NCBI GenBank assembly: GCA_964021475.1
Contig: CAXHYW010000001.1
Coordinates: 1-27,706, forward strand
Source: an uncultured Desulfobacteraceae bacterium
Lineage (GTDB): Bacteria; Desulfobacterota; Desulfobacteria; Desulfobacterales; Desulfobacteraceae
Reading direction: 5' to 3'
Length of the DNA stretch: 27,706 nucleotides
Position 1 is the first letter of the stretch. The number at the start of each line of letters is the position of its first letter. Of this stretch, positions 8,903-16,418 are shown one piece after another. The notes under the pieces are model-generated. The model saw only the letters and a list, made by a program, of their open reading frames with translations, made no database searches and was not told the DNA's origin. Position numbers and translations under genes: made by a program.

Positions 8903-11900
8903 ATGGTACTCAGTATAAAAACCGACATACCGGCACTGATATCAACCCGCCATTTTAACCGGACCGAAGAGGGTATTTCCTCCTCCATAGGGCGGTTGTC
9001 AAGCGGGCTTCGCATCAATAAAGCCGCGGATGACAGTTCCGGAATGGTCATTGCAGACAGCCTGACCTCCCAGGCCCTGGGATTGGGCCAGGCCATCCGG
9101 AATGCCAATGATGCCATCTCCATCGTTCAGGTAGCGGATGCAGCTCTGGAAGAGTCCATTAATATTTTAAATACCATTAAAGTGAAAAGTATCCAGGCGG
9201 CCCAGGACGGTCAAACCCTGGAAAGCAGAACGGCCATCCAGTCGGATATTCAACACCTAATTCAAGAGCTTGATAATATCGCCAAAACCACCTCCTTTAA
9301 CGGCCAAAAATTATTGTCGGGCGGGTTCTCTGACAAGTCTTTCCAAATAGGTGCCTATTCAGGGGAGAAGATCGGTTTGTCCATTGGATCTGCAACTGCC
9401 GGCAAGATCGGTCACATGACCACCGGTGATATTGTTGTCCACGACGGCGGGGAAGGGATTGCCTATCTGGGCATAAAAGGGTCGAAAAGCCAAAACATTC
9501 ATGAAATCCAGCCGGTTGAACTGACCTATGATAATTCTCCTGAACACGGCATGGGCGCATTGGCAGATGCAGTCAACAAAATGAGTGAAATCACCGGGGT
9601 AAGGGTCACGGCATCTGTCGAGACGGCAATGGACGGCAGCATACAGCCCGGTATGACCGACATGGATTTTTCCATTAACCGTGTCAAGTTAGGCAGTTTT
9701 TCCGTGGTGTCAAATGATGCCGACGGATCACTTATAAAGGCCATTAATAACAAAACTGTTCTCCACGGCGTGAATGCCTCTGTTAACGACAATGGCGGAC
9801 TTGTATTAACCTCGGTTGACGGAAGGGGGATATGGGTGGAGCCGGAACCGGGCCGGGGAACGGGGATTGATGCTATTTTCAAAGGGAAAAATTTGACCAC
9901 ACTGGGAAAACTGACGGTTCAGGGAAGCGGTGCCGGTATGTTTGAGGTCCGGGATCTGGGGGGGGGAGAACCCGTGGCCCTATCAGATACAGGGCTGAAT
10001 ATCAAAACAGATGCCCTGGTCGAGCGGGATTCAATTTTAACCGCAGGATCCGTCCTGACAAAAAATTCTGTTTTGAATTCACCTTGGACGGCAGATCAGA
10101 CGCTTTCCGGGGATCGTTTTCAAGAGGCCATTCCCATTGAAGAGCAGACCCTTATGGGAAAAGGATCAGTTCTCGGTGAGGAGTCCATATTGCTTACCAA
10201 AAGCGTTCTGCCGGATACCATTTGGGTGAATGGTATGGGCAAGACAGATTCCGAAAGTCTCATAAAAGAAGGGTCCATTCTTAGAAAAGACAGTCGCCTC
10301 GGGGCAGGAACCCAGATTCCTGCGGGTAATATCATCAGCGCCGGTACCCTGTTCAAAGGGGATGCCGTCATTGCGGCCACCCAGGCGACCATAGCATCAA
10401 GTCAGGTAAAAGAAGATTCCATCCTGGAAACTGACACCGTGATCGCATCGGGAAGTATCCTGAAAGGGACCGCTGTTGTGGACGGGTTGGGTCCCATGAC
10501 CGGCAGTGCCATGGTTCGTGCCGGTTCTGTATTGACAGCCGGATCTATCATTGCCTCGGGCACTACTCTCCGGGGAAATGCCACCATTGATGCGATTAAT
10601 AATACAACTGGTATCTACACTATTACTGCCGGGTCAACTCTTGCCGCTAACACCCTGTTTTCATCGGGCACCACCCTGGGTGGTAATGCACAGGTCAACC
10701 AGATTGTCACCACCGGTAATTATGTTTTGGCCAATAATTCCATTCTCAGGAACGGGTCGGTGATCGGGTCCGGCACTGTTTTGACCGGAATTGCCACCAT
10801 CAATGCAACGGGATTGACCACGGGGTCCTATGATCTTGCTATCGGGTCCACCCTGAGGGCAAATTCCATCATCGGGTCCGGCACCCTGTTGTCGGATGCG
10901 GCGGTGGTGACGGCCACAGGTCCCACCACCAGCCCCTATGTTCTGACGGCAACCTCCACGCTCATGGCCAATTCCATTCTGGGGTCTGGTACGGCATTGA
11001 CCAATACTGCCGTCATCAATGCCGTGGGACCCATATCTAATAACTATGTGGCGGCAGCAGGATCTACCCTGGCACCTAACACGGTTCTTGGCACCAGCAC
11101 CATTATTCGAGGCACTGCCACTATTAATGCCATCCCTGCCACGGCCAATGCCGCAGATACCATCAGCCTGGCCACGGGCACCCTCCTGGAAAACAATACC
11201 TTTATTGGTGTGGGCAGTTCCATTACCACCAACCTAGGGGTTCGAAACGGGCCCTTTACCATCGGGGCGGGGGGGGAGACAACCACCATCGGGCCCCAGA
11301 TTTTTCAATTGGAATTGGGTTCCATAGCTGCCGGATCGGTTCTGGCCGACACGTCTGTTATCGGCACTCCTGTCGTTTCCCTTCAGGCGGGAATGAATCC
11401 CGCAGCGCCCATGACCCTGACCGCCGGATCCATCCTGGCCAATAACACCAGTCTTGTGGCAGGATCCGTGGTTGGTCCCCAGGGTATCAGTTTATCGGTC
11501 AACATGAATCTGGCCAACCCCATGACCTTGAATCCGGGTTCAACCATTGCCAACACCTCCAGTCTGGCAGCAGGATCCCAAATCGGTGCCCAGGGGGTTG
11601 AATTGTTTGTGGACATGCTTACCACCGGTGTCATGGCGCTTGAAACTGGTTCAAATCTTGCCAATAACAGCCAGCTTGCAACGGGATCAACGGTTGGGGC
11701 CAATGATATTGACCTGGCATTGGATCTGACGCTCACCACGGGTGCCATGACCTTGCGGTCTGGCAGCACCATTGGAGCAAACAGTGTCTTATGGCAGGGC
11801 TCTGTCATCGGCGCCAACGGGGCGCAATTGAATACTGGCATGGTAACCGGGACCCTCATGACCCTGGAAATCGGATCTGATATGGGTGCCAATACCATTT

Positions 11901-13147
11901 TGAATACCAATTCAATTATCGGCGCTGATGGTGCAAGGCTCCTGGCGGATCTGAATGTCGGGGCGGACATGACATTGGCTGCAGGCTCCAGCCTTTCCAA
12001 TTCAAGCATTCTGGCCTCAGATTCCCTGTTTTCCAATGACAACCTGACCCTGGCCGCTGCCATGACCCTGACAGAGGATATGATGCTTACGGCGGGGTCA
12101 AAAATGGGAAGCAATAGTACGATTCAATACGGATCCTATATCTGGGCGGATGCCACCCTGATCTCCTCCATGACCCTGAGAGATTCGGTTACCCTTGCCA
12201 GCGATATGCGTCTGTCATCTGATTTGATTCTGGGAGTCGACTCAACCCTTGGGGATAACTCTCTATTGATTGAAGGGTCTTCTATCTATCTTTCTTTGGA
12301 GTTGCTCAGCACCATGGAGATGACGGATGAGGTGATCCTGGATTCCGGGTCTCAAATATCTGAAAAGGATACTTCCCTCATCCTTTCCGGTACATGGGTC
12401 GGCGGACGGGCTGTGCTTTCGGATGCCTTGGTTCTAACAGATGATTTTACACTCTCCAGGGGATCTGTGATTGGGAAGGAATCCATTTTGAAAAATGGAT
12501 CAAGCATTGGCGGGATGGTTGAAACTGCATTTACCGAACAGGTGAGCAAGGACGGTGAAATGAGTATTGGACAGGGGTCTGTCCTTGCCAGGGGAAGTCT
12601 TCTTGTCAGGGATACGTTTCTGACCAATGATATTGTTGCATTGGACGGCACGCGGTACAGACGGGGGAGTTTTCTTGATAGCGATCTTGTGGTTGATGAA
12701 AATGTAATATCCCAATCCATGACCCTTGGGCCTGGGTCTGAAATCGCCCCGGGCAGCCTGTTAAATACCAATTCAGAAGGGCAATTTGTGGCCACGGAAA
12801 CAAAGGATATCCAATTGTCAAGACTCTCTGATATCGAGGTTCTTACCCGGGAAGGGGCACAGCGGGCCATCGGGCTGGCAGATGTGGCAATACAAGATCT
12901 TGATGCCATACGGTCAAATCTTGGATCTGTCCAGAATCAACTGACCTCAGCCATTGCAGGGATCACAGCTGCCAAGGTGAATATCTTTGCCTCGGCTTCC
13001 TCCATCCGGGATGTTGATTTCTCCGACGAGATTCAAAACCTGAAAAAACTACAGATCCTCTCTGAAGCCGGTAAGTTTTCCCTATCCAGCTCAAACATCC
13101 GGGCTTCTATGCTGATCAGCCTGCTTACACAGACTGGTCAAAAATAA
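8903..13147 (+). CDS. Giant flagellin, divergent/minor paralogue (1414 aa)
   Basis: Flagellin N-domain RLSSGLRINKAADDSSG...IKVKSIQAAQDGQ...TSFNGQKLLSG.F..FQIGA. C-domain RSNLGSVQNQL...SSIRDVDF. The D0 termini are degenerate and there is a large central repeat insertion. Confidence 0.95.
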   Translation: MVLSIKTDIPALISTRHFNRTEEGISSSIGRLSSGLRINKAADDSSGMVIADSLTSQALGLGQAIRNANDAISIVQVADAALEESINILNTIKVKSIQAAQDGQTLESRTAIQSDIQHLIQELDNIAKTTSFNGQKLLSGGFSDKSFQIGAYSGEKIGLSIGSATAGKIGHMTTGDIVVHDGGEGIAYLGIKGSKSQNIHEIQPVELTYDNSPEHGMGALADAVNKMSEITGVRVTASVETAMDGSIQPGMTDMDFSINRVKLGSFSVVSNDADGSLIKAINNKTVLHGVNASVNDNGGLVLTSVDGRGIWVEPEPGRGTGIDAIFKGKNLTTLGKLTVQGSGAGMFEVRDLGGGEPVALSDTGLNIKTDALVERDSILTAGSVLTKNSVLNSPWTADQTLSGDRFQEAIPIEEQTLMGKGSVLGEESILLTKSVLPDTIWVNGMGKTDSESLIKEGSILRKDSRLGAGTQIPAGNIISAGTLFKGDAVIAATQATIASSQVKEDSILETDTVIASGSILKGTAVVDGLGPMTGSAMVRAGSVLTAGSIIASGTTLRGNATIDAINNTTGIYTITAGSTLAANTLFSSGTTLGGNAQVNQIVTTGNYVLANNSILRNGSVIGSGTVLTGIATINATGLTTGSYDLAIGSTLRANSIIGSGTLLSDAAVVTATGPTTSPYVLTATSTLMANSILGSGTALTNTAVINAVGPISNNYVAAAGSTLAPNTVLGTSTIIRGTATINAIPATANAADTISLATGTLLENNTFIGVGSSITTNLGVRNGPFTIGAGGETTTIGPQIFQLELGSIAAGSVLADTSVIGTPVVSLQAGMNPAAPMTLTAGSILANNTSLVAGSVVGPQGISLSVNMNLANPMTLNPGSTIANTSSLAAGSQIGAQGVELFVDMLTTGVMALETGSNLANNSQLATGSTVGANDIDLALDLTLTTGAMTLRSGSTIGANSVLWQGSVIGANGAQLNTGMVTGTLMTLEIGSDMGANTILNTNSIIGADGARLLADLNVGADMTLAAGSSLSNSSILASDSLFSNDNLTLAAAMTLTEDMMLTAGSKMGSNSTIQYGSYIWADATLISSMTLRDSVTLASDMRLSSDLILGVDSTLGDNSLLIEGSSIYLSLELLSTMEMTDEVILDSGSQISEKDTSLILSGTWVGGRAVLSDALVLTDDFTLSRGSVIGKESILKNGSSIGGMVETAFTEQVSKDGEMSIGQGSVLARGSLLVRDTFLTNDIVALDGTRYRRGSFLDSDLVVDENVISQSMTLGPGSEIAPGSLLNTNSEGQFVATETKDIQLSRLSDIEVLTREGAQRAIGLADVAIQDLDAIRSNLGSVQNQLTSAIAGITAAKVNIFASASSIRDVDFSDEIQNLKKLQILSEAGKFSLSSSNIRASMLISLLTQTGQK
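10028..12772 (+). repeat. ~36-37 aa repeats of [LIV]-x-x-G-[ST]-x hexads in the minor flagellin (~915 aa region, about 20+ units)
   Basis: Examples: SAMVRAGSVLTAGSIIASGTTLRGNATIDAINNTTG (36 aa), SYDLAIGSTLRANSIIGSGTLLSDAAVVTATGPTTS (36 aa), NPMTLNPGSTIANTSSLAAGSQIGAQGVELFVDMLTT (37 aa). Confidence 0.9.
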
Positions 13148-13529
13148 TGCCTGACAGCTCCACCATTTTTTCCCTGATGATCAGAAGCTCTTCCGATGGA
13201 ATCTGCCGAACCATCTCGTCTGTTTGCCGGTTCTTTATTTCAACCACCACCTGATGATTCAGCTCTTCCCGAATGGAAAATCCGATATTTGTCTGGAGAT
13301 CATCCATGTATTCATTGAGTTCATCCACCAGTGCTTTGGTTTCTTCTGTACCCAATTTTGATTCATCGGTTGCTTTTTTTTCTGTCTTTTCCGCCTGTTC
13401 AACCAGTCGCAGGGGCTGTATGTTTTCTGGGCCTACTTGGGAAGTTGTTGCATCAATTACTTGGGGTGATGCTGTCACTTGACCAACGGTGTTGGGTGTT
13501 GCCACATTATTGATATTATTGATATTCAT
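13125..13529 (-). CDS. flaG: Flagellar protein FlaG
   Basis: ELNEYMDDLQTNIGFSIREE..QVVVEIKNRQTDEMVRQIPSEELL.IREKM..LSGIIFD is the FlaG signature. AGGAGGG RBS. Confidence 0.93.
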   Translation of the reverse strand: MNINNINNVATPNTVGQVTASPQVIDATTSQVGPENIQPLRLVEQAEKTEKKATDESKLGTEETKALVDELNEYMDDLQTNIGFSIREELNHQVVVEIKNRQTDEMVRQIPSEELLIIREKMVELSGIIFDQSV

Positions 13530-13542
13530 ATCTCCCTCCTTA

Positions 13543-13944
13543 TTAATTCCTGAAATTAATGACCTTGGACTGGTCTCGTTGTGATTCAGAGGATCCGTAC
13601 GCCGTCATCATCTGCTTGCCTTTCGTAACTTTTTTAATACTGTTTTCCAATCCGATTTTATGTGTTTCCACTTGTGACTTGAGCATCTTGTTCTGGTTCA
13701 TCAGCAATACAATGCGGTTTGTTACTTCTTGTAACAAGGGGATGTTCTCTTTTGTTTCCATTGCTTCTGATTCCATTAAAAATAGCGCCAACCGTTTTTT
13801 CAGGTCAGAAAATCCGGCTTTTCGTTGGGCAATCTGCTCTTCCAAATCCGGCAGTATCTGGGTAGCAAACACATCAATATGAGATTGCTGTAGTTCATCC
13901 AGTTTGTCCAATGCGGTTTTGATCTGTTCGAATGCTATTTCCAT
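13543..13944 (-). CDS. FliT-like helical flagellar chaperone (133 aa)
   Basis: All-helical, sits directly downstream of fliS, and has the C-terminal KKVTKGKQMMTAYG resembling FliT. I moved the start to the ATG at 13944 (AAGGA RBS); the ORF-track start at 14031 overlaps fliS. Confidence 0.6.
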   Translation of the reverse strand: MEIAFEQIKTALDKLDELQQSHIDVFATQILPDLEEQIAQRKAGFSDLKKRLALFLMESEAMETKENIPLLQEVTNRIVLLMNQNKMLKSQVETHKIGLENSIKKVTKGKQMMTAYGSSESQRDQSKVINFRN

Positions 13945-13984
13945 TCTATTAATCCTTATGCCATGTATTCGTTGTTCATGCCGG

Positions 13985-14476
13985 TCAGACAGAGATAGAA
14001 CTGAATCGTTTGGTGGCTCCGGTGCTGCCATATCCTGAAACTGCTGTGGGCCGACGGCTTTGTTGGATGGGCTTCACCACCTCCACCTGGCCGGCTTTGG
14101 TGGATTTCCCCATGACATCTGTTTCCCAGATGTCCTTTAATTTTGTGATATAGACTTCAGTTCTGTCAAGAATCTGAACGGTATTGGTCAGGGAAACTTT
14201 TGGTAGTTCCGCAAGAATCGCCGAATAAAGTCCCCTTAGAAATAGGGTACTTTCATCCTGCATTTTCGGATTGAGCGAGGCATTCAATTCAGAGATAATG
14301 GCAATGACCTTGCTTAAATTCTCCCCCCGTTTTTGAATATTATTTTCCTTTATCCCTTCTTTGGTTAATCGGATACGGTCCAATGCGCCTTTATACAGCA
14401 GGAGGATTAATTGTTCCGCTTCCATGCCGTCATAATGGTTGTTCAAATAGGTGTTTACCTGGGCAATTGCTGCCAT
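13985..14476 (-). CDS. fliS: Flagellin chaperone FliS
   Basis: EQLILLLYKGAL..I....NIQKRGENLSKVIAIISELNASLN....LRGLY; AGGAGG RBS. Confidence 0.95.
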   Translation of the reverse strand: MAAIAQVNTYLNNHYDGMEAEQLILLLYKGALDRIRLTKEGIKENNIQKRGENLSKVIAIISELNASLNPKMQDESTLFLRGLYSAILAELPKVSLTNTVQILDRTEVYITKLKDIWETDVMGKSTKAGQVEVVKPIQQSRRPTAVSGYGSTGATKRFSSISV

Positions 14477-14561
14477 TTATACCTCCTGAATTAGGTCGTG
14501 GTTCTAAATCAAAAAAAAGTGTTAATGAATGGAATATACCCCATGGTGGGTCAGTAATTCA

Positions 14562-16247
14562 TTATTCCGTCGTTTTGTTGAAAGAGTCTATCATGGACTG
14601 CATATATGAAGACTCTGAGTTAATCTGCCGGACAAAAGAATCCAGTCGCACAAAATCGTTGGTCATTGTTTGATACCGTTTATCCAATAGTTCTGTGGCC
14701 TTTAAGATATCCTTGTTAAGTCGCTCCATCCTTGTTTCCGCTTCAGAAATTTCCGTGGAAACAATCCCGCTCCTATCGACCATGGCGGTTATTCCGTCAT
14801 TGATGATATCTCCCATTCCCGTGATGCCTGCATCCGTGTCTCCGATAAACAGAGCGGCCACTGCATCCGGATTTGATGCCAGGGTCTGATCAAGGAGATC
14901 TTCGTCAAACCCCATGGTACCGTCCCGGTTTATTTCAAGGCCGATATCTGCCAGGCTGCCATATTTGGATGAGGTATTCATCGAGGTGCTCATCAAGGTT
15001 TTAAGTTTCGTGAGCATGCTCTTTGCCGTGTATGATTCCGACAAGGGGTTTTCTTCTGTTTCTGTTGTTGTATTTTCCGTTTCATCGGTTTTTGTCGTGC
15101 CTTTGATTTCATTGACCAGGTCATTGAACTTGCTTACCAGGGAGAGAATGGTCTCTTTGACGGTATCGGTGTTTTTTTGGATGCTCACCGAGGATTCACC
15201 GATTTTTTTCAGGTTCAGGGTTGCACCGGAAACCACGTCGGTGATGGCGTCGTTTGTTTGACGCTGATAGGAGATTCCGTCAATGGTAAAATGGGAATTC
15301 AAGGACTCTTCGTTTGCTCCGTTCACCTCAGTCATGGGAAGATTCTGGATGGAAATCCGGTGGTCTTCTCCAGAGGTTTTTGAGGTCAATGTGAGCCGGT
15401 AGGAATCGGTTCCAACCCCGGTATCAACGATCATTGCTTTAACCCCTGGATTATCCGAGGCTGAATTGATTAACTCCGCGGTTTCCTCGTAGGTGGTACC
15501 CGGGGGGATGCTCAGGAACATGGGCTCTTCATCATCGGCGCGGCTGATACTGATAATGGAATCTGTTTTGATGTAATCAAATCCAGAAATGCTGATCTGG
15601 GAATCGGCACTGTTTCCCCCGTCTGCCGCTGAAAGGCGAAGGTAATATTGGTCTCCATTTTTTTGTACACTGGCAATGACAAGAGACTGTCCTCCGGCTT
15701 TCTCGTTGGCATCAGAGGTGTTGATGGCATCTGCAATATCGGCAAGGCTGAGCCCTGAATCAAGGCTGATATTAATAGATTGCTGGTTGCCGGCGGCCCC
15801 ATACAGAATTTCCATGGACTCGGCTTGGGTGGTGACGGGGGCTCCGAGATCGGTGATGCCCGTTTCCGGCTCCTTAGAAATCAATGCGTCCGGACTTTCC
15901 ACCCCCACGGTCTGCCAGGAGTTGTAACGGGCTTTTTGGGTCACCTCCAGGGAAAAACTTGCGGCGGAAATTCCGTCATTTACCGTTGCCGATGCAATTT
16001 CTTCATCGGTCACGGTAACGGTATTTTTCAGAAAATCGGATTCAAGGGAGAGAGAGAGGGCATCGGATTTCATGGCAAACAGTTTTGCATTCACGCTGTT
16101 ATAGGCATCAATCTCTTTTTGAAGTGATGTTTTTGTGTTTTCTTTGCGTGTTATCTGGGTCTTATCGACTTCTTTTAGCTGATCTAAAATGCTCTGAAGC
16201 TCAAGTCCTGATCCCAGTCCCAATGTTGTGATTGAGCCTGTTGCCAT
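14562..16247 (-). CDS. fliD: Filament cap protein FliD (561 aa)
   Basis: N-terminal ITTLGLGSGL.LQSILDQL; also N..FTIDGISYQRQTN.ITDVVSG.TLNL, SLADIGLEINRDGTMGFD, and RYQTMTNDF.RLD..V.QINS.SSYM. Confidence 0.96.
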   Translation of the reverse strand: MATGSITTLGLGSGLELQSILDQLKEVDKTQITRKENTKTSLQKEIDAYNSVNAKLFAMKSDALSLSLESDFLKNTVTVTDEEIASATVNDGISAASFSLEVTQKARYNSWQTVGVESPDALISKEPETGITDLGAPVTTQAESMEILYGAAGNQQSINISLDSGLSLADIADAINTSDANEKAGGQSLVIASVQKNGDQYYLRLSAADGGNSADSQISISGFDYIKTDSIISISRADDEEPMFLSIPPGTTYEETAELINSASDNPGVKAMIVDTGVGTDSYRLTLTSKTSGEDHRISIQNLPMTEVNGANEESLNSHFTIDGISYQRQTNDAITDVVSGATLNLKKIGESSVSIQKNTDTVKETILSLVSKFNDLVNEIKGTTKTDETENTTTETEENPLSESYTAKSMLTKLKTLMSTSMNTSSKYGSLADIGLEINRDGTMGFDEDLLDQTLASNPDAVAALFIGDTDAGITGMGDIINDGITAMVDRSGIVSTEISEAETRMERLNKDILKATELLDKRYQTMTNDFVRLDSFVRQINSESSYMQSMIDSFNKTTE

Positions 16248-16307
16248 GGCATCCTCCCTTCTTCTATCTTTATGGGTGTGTAGCTTTTATTCATAGCTTA
16301 AATACTA

Positions 16308-16334
16308 TTATCGGATACTGGCACAAAAAACATA
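16308..16334 (-). promoter_or_regulatory. Probable sigma28 promoter for fliD-fliS-fliT-flaG
   Basis: The -10 box TCCGATAA (16315-16308) is 7/8 to GCCGATAA. The -35 at N15 spacing is TATG, a weak match to TAAA. Confidence 0.55.
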
Positions 16335-16336
16335 AG

Positions 16337-16371
16337 AAAAAAAGCCCCGGAAAATTTTTTCCGGGGCTTTT
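16337..16371 (-). terminator. Rho-independent terminator of the major flagellin gene
   Basis: Minus strand AAAAGCCCCGGAAAA-AA-TTTTCCGGGGCTTTT TTT: a long perfect stem plus a U7 tract, about 48 nt after the stop codon. Confidence 0.92.
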
Positions 16372-16418
16372 GTGCCAGACCAGGGCCTGGGTTAAATAGT
16401 TATGTTGTCAAAAATTGC

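Noticed and set aside
16318-16378. TGGCAC as sigma54 -24 boxes on either strand
   Set aside because: Neither has GC/TTGC at the -12 position (GG-N10-AT and GG-N10-CC).
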